Virus record (IMG/VR): IMGVR_UViG_3300028042_000002
Span: 2,050 to 66,049 of that record
Direction: 5' to 3' (one strand)
Origin: a virus
Taxonomy: Duplodnaviria; Heunggongvirae; Uroviricota; Caudoviricetes
Length of the DNA stretch: 64,000 nucleotides
Under the pieces are notes generated by a model. It made no database searches and was not told where the DNA came from. It worked only from the letters and a program-made list of their open reading frames with translations. The position numbers and the translations under genes were made by a program. Position 1 is the stretch's first letter, and each line of letters starts with the position of its first letter. Shown in pieces: positions 28,608-38,309 of the stretch.

Positions 28608-29528
28608 ATGATATTAGAAGGTAAAGGTGGAATTAAAGTTGAATTAGTATTAGCATCTACTAATTATTTTGATGTGCCAATTTATACATTTAAATTACAT
28701 TACCATAGATTTATTCATGGTGAATTATTAACCCATCGTTTATTTAGTCGTAACTCATCATCAAGCAGAGCTATTCCAGTTGATAAAATGTTAGATTATA
28801 TTAAAAACAATCCTGCATATCCGATTCATTGGGGTAAAAATAAAACAGGTATGCAAGCTGATGAAGAATGTACAAATATATTAAAATTTGGTAAAAGTGA
28901 TATATCTTATATTAGTGATGAATTATGGTTAAAATCATGTAAAAAATCATTGAAATATGCTAAATCGTTTAATAAAAGTGGATATCATAAGCAGATTGTA
29001 AATAGATTAACAGAACCATATCAATTTATGAATACTATCCTAACTGCTACAGAATTTACCAACTTTTTCAAACTTAGAATTGATAAATCTGCCCAACCCG
29101 AAATTCAAGAGTTGGCACAATTAATGCAAGAGTGTATTTATAATACAAGTCCTCAATATTTAACAGAAGGGCAATATCATTTACCGTTTATTGATTTTGT
29201 TGATGGTGTTTATTATGCATATGATCGACAAGTTACGTTAGATGAAGCCATTAAAATTAGTGTTTCACTTTGCGCGCAGGTAAGTTATCGTAAAGAAGAT
29301 TATACAATTGAAAAAGCTGATAAAATATTTAATATGTTAATTGGAATGCAACCTAAACATTTATCACCCTTTGAACATATTGCTAAACCATTTAAAACTC
29401 ATGATTATACGACATTAATGGAATTAAATGAATTATTAGATGAAACTGATGTAGTTCATAATGATTTACTATTTAAAAATAATTTTAGATGTTGGGAGCA
29501 GATTAGAAATGACTATGAATATCTATGA
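28608..29528 (+). CDS. thyX: flavin-dependent thymidylate synthase
   Basis: ELLTHRLFSRNSSSSRAIP, HKQIVNRLTEP, AQPEI, HLSPFEH. Confidence 0.93.
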   Translation: MILEGKGGIKVELVLASTNYFDVPIYTFKLHYHRFIHGELLTHRLFSRNSSSSRAIPVDKMLDYIKNNPAYPIHWGKNKTGMQADEECTNILKFGKSDISYISDELWLKSCKKSLKYAKSFNKSGYHKQIVNRLTEPYQFMNTILTATEFTNFFKLRIDKSAQPEIQELAQLMQECIYNTSPQYLTEGQYHLPFIDFVDGVYYAYDRQVTLDEAIKISVSLCAQVSYRKEDYTIEKADKIFNMLIGMQPKHLSPFEHIAKPFKTHDYTTLMELNELLDETDVVHNDLLFKNNFRCWEQIRNDYEYL

Positions 29529-29805
29529 TGTTGGTAAAGTAGAACAGATTATCATTGATAATTATAATAATATAGATACTGCCATTGTTAAAGATGATTA
29601 TAATGATTTATTTATGGTATTAATGTTTAATGATGGTGAATATAATGGTTTATCTTGGTCTTATGATAATATATCACTAAAAAAAGGTAAATTGGTATAT
29701 TCAATTAATATTTATAATGAAAAAATGTTTAAACATGTTAGTAATAAATATTTGCCTTTATTACACGAAATTATCCATAAAATTATTGAAGAGTTAATCG
29801 AATAA
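29509..29805 (+). CDS. hypothetical protein
   Basis: ORF overlapping the thyX end; start uncertain. Confidence 0.6.
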   Translation: MTMNIYDVGKVEQIIIDNYNNIDTAIVKDDYNDLFMVLMFNDGEYNGLSWSYDNISLKKGKLVYSINIYNEKMFKHVSNKYLPLLHEIIHKIIEELIE

Positions 29806-29943
29806 TGTATAATAATATCCAAGTTAAGCAATCAAACAAAGGTAATCCAATATTCACTAACACTAAATCAAAAATTAAAACCTTTTACCTTAATAATGCT
29901 AAAGATTGTAAAGAATTTTACCCTAATTATAAGTGTGTGAATT

Positions 29944-30162
29944 ATGACCAAACCATTATCAAAGAGTAAGGATTTAGAAATAAAGTTGAATATGATACAA
30001 TTTGAATATGGTTATAGTATTATGGAAGCTATTATACATTTTTCAGATGTTATTGATAAAGAACCTATTGAATTATTGCGAATATTAAACCCTGATGTAC
30101 GTAATCAGATTAAGGAATATGCCGAAGATAATCATTTATTTAAAAAAGGTGACAAATTATGA
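29944..30162 (+). CDS. gp33: late transcription coactivator (T4 gp33-like)
   Basis: SIMEAIIHF...EP....ILNP.VRNQIKEYAEDNHLFK; located next to gp32. Confidence 0.8.
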   Translation: MTKPLSKSKDLEIKLNMIQFEYGYSIMEAIIHFSDVIDKEPIELLRILNPDVRNQIKEYAEDNHLFKKGDKL

Positions 30163-30227
30163 AATACTAATTAAATAAAGTAATACAATATTGAATAAAT
30201 TAACTAAATTAAACAAAGGTAATAAAA

Positions 30228-31217
30228 ATGAGTGAAAATGAACTAAGTTTTGAAGATTTCTTAAAAGAACAATCTAATAATAAAGCTGAAAAATTAGCTG
30301 AAACTATGAATAATGCGGAATCAACTGGATTTGAACGTGACGAACGTATTTGGCAATATAAACCCGATGAAAAAGGTAATTCAACAAGTGTATTAAGAAT
30401 TTTACCAACTGGTTTCAAAGATGCAATGTATTATCATACAAACCACCCTGAAATTTATAAAAGTATGCCATTTTTTGCTAGACGTTATGTACATTCATTT
30501 ATGGAAAATTCATGGTTTGATGAAATGTGTCCAACCTCGTACGGTGAAGATTGTCCTGTATGTGATTATAATAAACAGGCATTAATTGATAAAACTGGCA
30601 AAAGCGGCGGTGATGCTTTCAAAAGTATTGAAGGTACAAAAGTCCAAGGTGAAATTCGTAATCGTAGACGTAAATTAGAATATTATGTTAATGTTTTAGT
30701 TATTAAAGATGGTACTAACCCTGAAAATAATGGTAAAGTATTTTTATTTAAATATGGTAAAACTATTCAAGATATTTTAATCAATCAAATGATGGGAAAT
30801 GTTGATGCTGATATTAAAGGTATTAATTTTACTGATTTTAATACAGGTTGTGATTTCATCTTACAAACATTTAAAGAAGATGGAAATATTAAATATAGTC
30901 GTTCACAATTTAAAGCTCCATCAAAAATTGAAGACAATATCAAAGGTTTATCTGAAATTAAAAAAGAAAAAGAAAAAGTTGATAAAATTAAAGAATATAT
31001 TGAAGAACTTTCTAAATCTTGTTACGCTTTACATGAATTTACAACGGGAGATGCTCGTATTCCGTTTGAAGAATTGGAAGAAAAGTTATCAAAATGTGTG
31101 AATATCACTAAACCTAAATCATCAAATGATAATAATGAAGCATCTAAAAATGATGATAATGGTAAAGATGGTAAAATGTCGCAAGAAGAAAAAGATTTAT
31201 TAAGTCAATTTAATTAA
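30228..31217 (+). CDS. gp32: single-stranded DNA-binding protein (T4 gp32)
   Basis: DERIW, GN...LRILP, HSF, CPTSYGEDCPVC, RKLEYYVNVLV.KD..NPENNGKVFLFKYGK. Confidence 0.95.
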   Translation: MSENELSFEDFLKEQSNNKAEKLAETMNNAESTGFERDERIWQYKPDEKGNSTSVLRILPTGFKDAMYYHTNHPEIYKSMPFFARRYVHSFMENSWFDEMCPTSYGEDCPVCDYNKQALIDKTGKSGGDAFKSIEGTKVQGEIRNRRRKLEYYVNVLVIKDGTNPENNGKVFLFKYGKTIQDILINQMMGNVDADIKGINFTDFNTGCDFILQTFKEDGNIKYSRSQFKAPSKIEDNIKGLSEIKKEKEKVDKIKEYIEELSKSCYALHEFTTGDARIPFEELEEKLSKCVNITKPKSSNDNNEASKNDDNGKDGKMSQEEKDLLSQFN

Positions 31218-33259
31218 ACAAAGGATTGACTGAGGTATCTATCCGATAATCTTTGAATAGTATTATCACTATTTCTAACATTACCAACGTCCACACTAGA
31301 TGAATTATCACTATTTGATGATGTAACTTGTGTAGATTGTTGGTTTATTATTGGCTGGATATTATTAATAATATTTCCACTTTCTTTTTTATTTTCATTA
31401 TTTTCATTATTTTGAACAATCTTATTAATCTGCTTAACTTTATTTAAATCATTTGATTGTGGTATAACATTATCAATTTTATTTATGGCTGACAAAGATT
31501 GATTATAATTAGTTCCAACTGCTTGATTATAATAAGATTTATTACTTTTATCTTTGGCTACACTAGCCCATTGTGTGGACATTTTCTTAATAAAATTAGC
31601 CTTATCTTTATCAGTTTTATTACTTTTTTCATAGTTTGACAATCCCCCCATACTTTTTAATAATGACAACCCTAATTTATCTTGGTTTTCTTGTGAGAAT
31701 AATTCATCATCATTAATACCTAATTTAGATTGAGTTTCTTTTAATGTGTTTGAAATAAATTGATATTTACCAACTGCCGAAGATATTATATGATTATTTT
31801 TTAATTTGCCACTTTTTTTATCTTTAATTTGATTATTAACCATTTCACGTTGGAGTAATTTAACTTCCTTGAATGTCATTTCTGATAATGGTTTACTATG
31901 GGTACTATGTTTACCATAATTGTATTCAACATCATATCCACTTTGCCCACCTGTCCCTTCGCCTTTAGATAGTTGTTCCAATAATGGTTTATATTTTGAT
32001 GAACTTGTGCCTAATATTTCATTAGAATTTCTATCATTTGACAATTGTGGGATTAATTTTGGGGGTGAGACAACCCTTTTAACTTCCTTGCCACGTTTAT
32101 TAATTTCATTAAATAGTTGGTCACGTTGTTTATCATTATCAAAATCCTTAATTTGGGTTGACATTGCATAAAGTTGTTCATTTGATAGGCTGGCTAACTT
32201 TTCAATTTCAATTGAGGTATCACTAAATATTCCAAAATTAGACTTATCAACTATACCAATATCATCAAGGTTATTTAATATTTCTTTAGCTTCCTTATCA
32301 TCAACATTAATACCTAATTTAATTTGAATATTTTTATCAATATTTTTAGTATCTTCATCTGAAAAATCATCTACAGTTTTTAATGCTGTTAATTGTTCGA
32401 TAGATTGCCCTTTAAGCTTATCAGTATTTAATTTACTATTTCCGAATATATAATCATCATAAATATTATTATTTTGTAACTTACGTCTAATTAAATTACG
32501 TTCCTTTTCTGCTTCACTATCACCAAACATCATACCCATTAATCCACTTCCAGCAATTCCTCCAACTATTCCACCTACAATTCCTCCAACTGCTGTACCA
32601 ACTATTGGAACTATACTACCTAAAGCCGCACCACCTGCCGCACCTGCTAAAGCTCCACCACCTTTAATTAATGCAGATTTACCACTTCCACCTTGATTAT
32701 ATTCTGTAACACTTTCAATACCAGCACCTAATAATGGAATACGTTTAGTGATAGTTTTAGCAACTGTACCTAATTTTGAAATACCATTAGTTAATAATTT
32801 ACTACTCGATGCAAATTTAGCAGTAAGACCACCTACAACACCAGTTCCGACTATTCCCAATCCTCCGAATATTCCACCAGTTACGCCACCATTATTAGTT
32901 GTATTATTACCACTATTTTTAGAATTTTTAATACTTTTATCAATATTATCAAGCTTTTTAATAACATTATCATTAAATAATTTATCATTACTAACTTTCA
33001 ACGTTTCTAATTTTAATGTTTTATTATTATAAGTTTTTTCTGTTATATTTTCACTGCGCGTTTTATTATCTTTAATTAATAATTGATTAATCTGTGCAGA
33101 CATTGCTATATTATTTTTACCAACTTCAAAGGTTAAATTATCGATTCCTTCTTTAAAAATATTAGATGATTTATTCTCATTATTTTCATTATTTTTAATA
33201 TAAGATGAAATAGCATTTACTAGTGGGTCTGTAGTTGAAACTGGTGATGTATTATTCAT
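31214..33259 (-). CDS. tape-measure/baseplate-hub (gp29-like) protein with lysozyme-like domain
   Basis: Gly/Ala-rich membrane-like segment; GEG..GYD, SSAVGKYQF, FSQENQD, QWAS muramidase motifs; late promoter at 33273-33280. Confidence 0.7.
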   Translation of the reverse strand: MNNTSPVSTTDPLVNAISSYIKNNENNENKSSNIFKEGIDNLTFEVGKNNIAMSAQINQLLIKDNKTRSENITEKTYNNKTLKLETLKVSNDKLFNDNVIKKLDNIDKSIKNSKNSGNNTTNNGGVTGGIFGGLGIVGTGVVGGLTAKFASSSKLLTNGISKLGTVAKTITKRIPLLGAGIESVTEYNQGGSGKSALIKGGGALAGAAGGAALGSIVPIVGTAVGGIVGGIVGGIAGSGLMGMMFGDSEAEKERNLIRRKLQNNNIYDDYIFGNSKLNTDKLKGQSIEQLTALKTVDDFSDEDTKNIDKNIQIKLGINVDDKEAKEILNNLDDIGIVDKSNFGIFSDTSIEIEKLASLSNEQLYAMSTQIKDFDNDKQRDQLFNEINKRGKEVKRVVSPPKLIPQLSNDRNSNEILGTSSSKYKPLLEQLSKGEGTGGQSGYDVEYNYGKHSTHSKPLSEMTFKEVKLLQREMVNNQIKDKKSGKLKNNHIISSAVGKYQFISNTLKETQSKLGINDDELFSQENQDKLGLSLLKSMGGLSNYEKSNKTDKDKANFIKKMSTQWASVAKDKSNKSYYNQAVGTNYNQSLSAINKIDNVIPQSNDLNKVKQINKIVQNNENNENKKESGNIINNIQPIINQQSTQVTSSNSDNSSSVDVGNVRNSDNTIQRLSDRYLSQSFV

Positions 33260-33262
33260 GGA

Positions 33263-33284
33263 TTTTTATAAATATTTATAAAAA
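33263..33284. promoter_or_regulatory. 22-bp perfect palindrome containing two opposed late promoters
   Basis: TTTTTATAAATATTTATAAAAA; TATAAATA on + (33267-33274) and on - (33273-33280). Confidence 0.85.
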
Positions 33285-33286
33285 CT

Positions 33287-34471
33287 ATGGCTAATACTCA
33301 AGCACAACCCAATCAATATAAAAATATATCAATTAAAGTTAATAATATTGAAATATCATCATTATTATATACCTTAGATATTTATCAAGATATTTTTACA
33401 CCTGTTCCATCTGCCGAACTTGTAATATTAGATAGTATGAATATTCAACAAAATAATAATGTAATAGCAGGTAAAACAATAAACATTGTCTTAGAAAGTG
33501 ACATTCCAATTAAAGGTAAATTTAAAGTTGAAATGGTCATTTATTCTATATCAGATAAATTACTAATTAAAAAAGGTTTGTATGGTTATAAAATACATCT
33601 TTGCACACCCCAACAGTTTATAGATATTAAATCAAGAGTAAGTAAATTTTATAGTCAATTAACAACATTTAATATAGTAACAGATATTATTAACATTAAT
33701 AAATTAGGTAAAGTGTCATCTAATATTATCAATCATATTAATTATGATATTATTATTCCAAATATGTCACCATTTATTGCTATAGAATGGTTATCTAAAT
33801 TTACATTAAATAATGACAATATTGCTGATTATGTATTTTATTTTAATGATGGTGAATTTAAATTTAATTCATTCTCGGAGATGTTTAATCAAGATAAATC
33901 TATCGAATTTTATCATCGTGAAACTGGTTATCGAGATAATGACCAGAAAGAAGATGAACAATCCTTTTATCGTATTCAAAAATATAATATTATAAGGCAG
34001 GTCGATATCCTTAGAAATTTATCAACAGGACAGATTGGAAATACTTTAATTAATGTTGATAATATTAATAAAACTATAAAAGTTGATAACTATAAAAATA
34101 CAATAAAATCAATAACTTATGATGATGAAATACTTAAAAATGGTGAAAATAGTGTTGTAGCCATAAATTTAATTCATGACAATTTATCCAAAGGTCGAAC
34201 CACAATTAATACAACTAGCCCGCTTTGGAAAAGTAATAGAAAAATAAATCAATTTATGTTTGATAGTAATTTAATTATGATTGACGTTGCTGGTAATGTA
34301 AATATTAATAAATTATTAGGCAAGATCTGTAAAGTTAACTTTCCTACTAATGATGAGCAAAAGAATACGATAAATGATGATATATTTAAAGGTAAATTCT
34401 TAATGTCTGCAATTAAACATCATATAACCCAAAATGAGTATAAAAATGTTGTAGAATTATGTAAAAGATAA
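33287..34471 (+). CDS. baseplate hub protein (gp27-like)
   Basis: LDIYQDIF.P..SAELVILDS, RVSK.Y, IIIPNMSPF.AI.WL, VAGN, GKFLMSAIKH. Confidence 0.75.
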   Translation: MANTQAQPNQYKNISIKVNNIEISSLLYTLDIYQDIFTPVPSAELVILDSMNIQQNNNVIAGKTINIVLESDIPIKGKFKVEMVIYSISDKLLIKKGLYGYKIHLCTPQQFIDIKSRVSKFYSQLTTFNIVTDIININKLGKVSSNIINHINYDIIIPNMSPFIAIEWLSKFTLNNDNIADYVFYFNDGEFKFNSFSEMFNQDKSIEFYHRETGYRDNDQKEDEQSFYRIQKYNIIRQVDILRNLSTGQIGNTLINVDNINKTIKVDNYKNTIKSITYDDEILKNGENSVVAINLIHDNLSKGRTTINTTSPLWKSNRKINQFMFDSNLIMIDVAGNVNINKLLGKICKVNFPTNDEQKNTINDDIFKGKFLMSAIKHHITQNEYKNVVELCKR

Positions 34472-34514
34472 AGTGTGGTATAATTACATCAATATTAATA
34501 ACAATATACTAATT

Positions 34515-34991
34515 ATGGCTACTAAAAATCCTAAAAAATTACCAATAAATAATAAAAGATTTCATATTTTAATGGTGGAGTTTAAAAATGATTACTATAA
34601 AACTGGTAATAAAATTATACAAAATCGTGAACTTGCCGAGCTTATTTACAAAGTCAGTTACAATTTAAGCTTTCATTATAAATTTATAAATTATCACCAT
34701 ATTAAAGATGATTTAATTATGGAAGGATGTGAACACAGTTTAAAATATGGCAAAAATTATAAAGAAGATAAATTCGCCAATCCACTAGCATTTTTTAGTA
34801 CGATAATTTGGAATGCTTATATACGATATATAATGAAGGAATATAAGCAGACCAACATTAAAGAATTTCAAAATTGTAGAATTACGTTATCCGATAGTTA
34901 TGAATTGCAACCACATGATATTGGAACTAAATTTGAAAATGGTAATCTTGATTTTGAAGAAAGTAAGGTGATTTTTAGACATAGTGAATAA
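34515..34991 (+). CDS. gp55: late-transcription sigma factor (T4 gp55)
   Basis: LS.HYKFINY..KDDLIMEG.E..LKY..NY, NPLAFFSTIIWNAYIRYI.KE.KQ; GTGTGGTATAAT upstream, so start moved to ATG 34515. Confidence 0.92.
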   Translation: MATKNPKKLPINNKRFHILMVEFKNDYYKTGNKIIQNRELAELIYKVSYNLSFHYKFINYHHIKDDLIMEGCEHSLKYGKNYKEDKFANPLAFFSTIIWNAYIRYIMKEYKQTNIKEFQNCRITLSDSYELQPHDIGTKFENGNLDFEESKVIFRHSE

Positions 34992-35034
34992 TTTTAAGAT
35001 ATAATAATATTTTTAATCTAATTGGTAATGAATT

Positions 35035-35517
35035 ATGAATTTAATAGAATATGAAGATAAACTTTTACTCAATGTCTCAAATATTGAATACACTCGCACA
35101 TGTTCACTAAGAAATTTATTACATAATAATATATCTTCATTAGATGAAGTTCAACAACTTAAAAAATATGTACCAAAATTAGACAAAATTATTATTGGAG
35201 TTGGGTATATTTTACCCAATTCGTGGGAAGAAAGTTCTAAAGTTATTGAAGGTTTTTATGACCTTGAGTTTATTGGTAATATTGAATATGATGATAGAAT
35301 TTTAATATTAAAATATCGCCAAATTAATTATAATGACGATGGTCAAGATGTGTTTAAAAATGTTAAAATATCGGATATTGAGCGTGAATTTATTAATGGT
35401 ATGAAATATGAAGATTTTAATAGTTTTTGTGAATTATATAGTAAAATTGTTACTGTACTAGAGCCTATTATTTCCAGTATTTATGAAAGTGGACAAGTTG
35501 TTATTATTGATATTTAG
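35035..35517 (+). CDS. hypothetical protein
   Basis: 160-aa ORF with own TATAAT. Confidence 0.65.
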   Translation: MNLIEYEDKLLLNVSNIEYTRTCSLRNLLHNNISSLDEVQQLKKYVPKLDKIIIGVGYILPNSWEESSKVIEGFYDLEFIGNIEYDDRILILKYRQINYNDDGQDVFKNVKISDIEREFINGMKYEDFNSFCELYSKIVTVLEPIISSIYESGQVVIIDI

Positions 35518-35701
35518 ATGTAATAAATTATGAAAATATGGGAAATAAAACTTTAAAAAGTAATAAAATTATAGCACAAGGTGATATTATGAATAATGAC
35601 AAACAATGTGGGAATTGTAAATACTGGAAAAATGATTATAAACATCGTGAAGCTAATATAAAAGATGGGCAATGCATGAATAATTACATAAAATCGATAT
35701 T

Positions 35702-35920
35702 TTAAAGAATTTCAAAATTGTATAATTGTGTTATCGGATAGTTAGAGTTTCTAATTACCAACTTTTCTAACATTTCTAAACGTTCTTCAAGGTTTTTAAT
35801 TTTACCTTGTTGAACATTAGTTATATTACGCCTAATCCTCGCATTATTATAATCATTAATATCAACATTAACTAGGCTTGCTTCATCCAATCGACCATAT
35901 TTATTTTTTATTTGCTTCAT
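35702..35920 (-). CDS. small coiled-coil protein of the gp26/gp51 operon
   Basis: VNVDINDYNNARIRR...IKNLEERLEMLEKL. Confidence 0.6.
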   Translation of the reverse strand: MKQIKNKYGRLDEASLVNVDINDYNNARIRRNITNVQQGKIKNLEERLEMLEKLVIRNSNYPITQLYNFEIL

Positions 35921-36062
35921 TGAGTTGTCTCACTTTTAAATTAATATATATTTCACGTTCGTATGGAATTAAACTATCTAAATATTCTAAATTATAATTA
36001 AATTTATCCATCAGTAGGAAATTTAAATTATACATTCCCACTAATTCATTACTACTAAACAT
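35901..36062 (-). CDS. gp51: baseplate hub assembly protein (gp51-like, 53 aa; not in ORF track)
   Basis: YNLNFLLMDKFNYNLEYLDSLIPYEREIYINL directly downstream of gp26. Confidence 0.8.
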   Translation of the reverse strand: MFSSNELVGMYNLNFLLMDKFNYNLEYLDSLIPYEREIYINLKVRQLNEANKK

Positions 36063-36784
36063 TATGCTAAAAAATCATTCAATCCTTGTAATATAATTTC
36101 ATTCATGTGACCAATTTCTTTACATTCTTCACTTTTACAATTAAATTTATATTGATATTTTAATACACTTGGATTTTCAATATATTTATAAATTTTATTA
36201 AAGTCTGCATCGGTTAAACTCTCAAGAAGGTTGTCAAGATTATTAAAATTGTCAAGGTCTTTCATTTCATAATTTTCAGTGCCAGTAAAAACAGATTTTA
36301 TATGATGCTTAACAATAAATTTATTTTGGATTAGTTCATCTTCAATTTCTAAACTTTTCTTATGGTTTAAATATGATAATTCTTGCATAACTACACCTAA
36401 AGTATCATCAAATTTAATGATATTATCTACATTATTTTTGATAAATTTAATATCATTATCAATATTTATTTTAAGCTTGGTTTTATGTTGGCACATTGGA
36501 CATATATGCTCAATATCAATGACATTATTAACAGAAATTGAGTATAATTTTAATACAATATATTCTATGTCTAATGTATTAAAATTGTTAATATTTACAT
36601 CATTTTTAATACAATTTGACAACAAATCTTTTATAGCATTATTAATCGTGTTAATATCTTTGGATGTAATGGCAGTAAGTAAAACCAATCTTTCATAATG
36701 TTTAAAAGGTCTAATTTTAATTACAATTTCAGATAGAGGTAACGTGATATCAAAATACTGATGTAAACGAGTAGGAAAAGTCAT
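36062..36784 (-). CDS. gp26: baseplate hub subunit (T4 gp26-like)
   Basis: LPLS...KIRPF..YE...LL, DIEYIVLKL..ISV, CPMC, LQGLNDF; late promoter at 36822-36829. Confidence 0.88.
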   Translation of the reverse strand: MTFPTRLHQYFDITLPLSEIVIKIRPFKHYERLVLLTAITSKDINTINNAIKDLLSNCIKNDVNINNFNTLDIEYIVLKLYSISVNNVIDIEHICPMCQHKTKLKINIDNDIKFIKNNVDNIIKFDDTLGVVMQELSYLNHKKSLEIEDELIQNKFIVKHHIKSVFTGTENYEMKDLDNFNNLDNLLESLTDADFNKIYKYIENPSVLKYQYKFNCKSEECKEIGHMNEIILQGLNDFLA

Positions 36785-36857
36785 AATATTTAAGCTAATT
36801 TATTGGATGTATGTATAATAATATTTATATTCAAATCATCGACAGGTAAATAATTCA

Positions 36858-37556
36858 ATGCAAGTAGATTTAAAATTATATGAAATTCTTAAAAATGTTT
36901 CACGTATTAATGAAGGGGTTACTATATTATCAGATAATACAATTGTTACAATGTTACGAGCGGGGGGACTTGGAGTTGAATATAAATTATCATCAGAACC
37001 ATTACCAAGTGAAATTTCTATTGCAAATTTAGCTGAATTTATTAATATAATAACTATAAGCTCAACAAGTGCTAGAATTATTGATTGTGAGATAGATTTC
37101 ACAAAAGAATATATGATAATTAAATCTATTAAAGGTGATGAAATACGTTATCATTATTCAAATGCACTGGTAATAAAAGATGTTGATGATGAAATAATAA
37201 AATGGAACAATATGATACAATTTTATGAGAATATGACCGATAGTTTTAAACTATCACATGAAGTTTTATCAAATTATAAAAAGGTTAGCAATATAATGGG
37301 ATTAAATCTTATTAATTTTAACCTAAATTATAATAATGAAATTACAGTAAAACTATATTCAGATGATGGCATTAATAAAACAGTTTATACAAGTAAAATA
37401 GAAGTAACACTAAATGAAAGGTTTGATATTACTTTACCTATAGAAAATTTTATTACATTGAATTGTGATTATGATGTTGAAGTTGGCGAACGGTTGATAA
37501 CGTTAATAAATGATGAATTTGGTGTAATTTATTATATTGCGGGGATGGTTGAATGA
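36858..37556 (+). CDS. gp45: sliding clamp (T4 gp45)
   Basis: EILKNVSRINEG, I.NLAEF, IRYHYSN, C-terminal YYIA; upstream of gp44/gp62. Confidence 0.82.
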   Translation: MQVDLKLYEILKNVSRINEGVTILSDNTIVTMLRAGGLGVEYKLSSEPLPSEISIANLAEFINIITISSTSARIIDCEIDFTKEYMIIKSIKGDEIRYHYSNALVIKDVDDEIIKWNNMIQFYENMTDSFKLSHEVLSNYKKVSNIMGLNLINFNLNYNNEITVKLYSDDGINKTVYTSKIEVTLNERFDITLPIENFITLNCDYDVEVGERLITLINDEFGVIYYIAGMVE

Positions 37557-37688
37557 ATGAAAAATATTTAAAATTATATATTAAAGCCATAAATGATATT
37601 GATGATTATTTAGAATATAATTATGAAAGTGAAAAAGATAAAATTAAGATTATGACTATTATTGACAAATTGACCAAGGAATTATCAA

Positions 37689-38309
37689 ATGCAAATCAAC
37701 GAGGTTAAAATTGTTCATTATTTAGAAAAAGGGTTATTCAATTTGCCTATGTATATCATTGATATTGATGGTTATAAATATTATTCACATTATCACCATT
37801 TTTGTAATTTGAATAATAAAAATATTAATACATTAAAAACTGAATATAGTTGGGCAGGTGATAAATTTTGTTTATATTTTAATGAATTATTAATGTCACC
37901 ATCAATAGAATTTAAAGATTTGATTGATGGTTCATATATGTTTTATCGTGATTATATCCATCACGTTGAAAATGGTGCTATTATATTACCTAATAATTTT
38001 AATCCAAACTTAGAAAATCTTAAAATTGGTTATGCAACGTTCCAAAATTGTAAACTTCCTTCAATATTTAATCCAAGTTTATTAAATTTAGAAATTGGTG
38101 ATAATATGTTTAATAATATTACCAAAGTTTCAAGATTTCCAAAGTCGTTAAAATTGATATATTTACCAAAATTATTAACAGGTCGGTTCATGTTTAGAGA
38201 TTGTGATTTACATCATGTAATAGACATCCACACTCCAAAATTAATAAATGATACTTGGATGTATCATAATTGTTTTAATACTGTAACCAAAGCGAAACAT
38301 AGATTATGA
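37689..38309 (+). CDS. BspA/DUF285-like repeat protein (paralogue of 6743-7453)
   Basis: SPSIEFKDL, LPNNFNPNLENLK.G. Confidence 0.65.
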   Translation: MQINEVKIVHYLEKGLFNLPMYIIDIDGYKYYSHYHHFCNLNNKNINTLKTEYSWAGDKFCLYFNELLMSPSIEFKDLIDGSYMFYRDYIHHVENGAIILPNNFNPNLENLKIGYATFQNCKLPSIFNPSLLNLEIGDNMFNNITKVSRFPKSLKLIYLPKLLTGRFMFRDCDLHHVIDIHTPKLINDTWMYHNCFNTVTKAKHRL

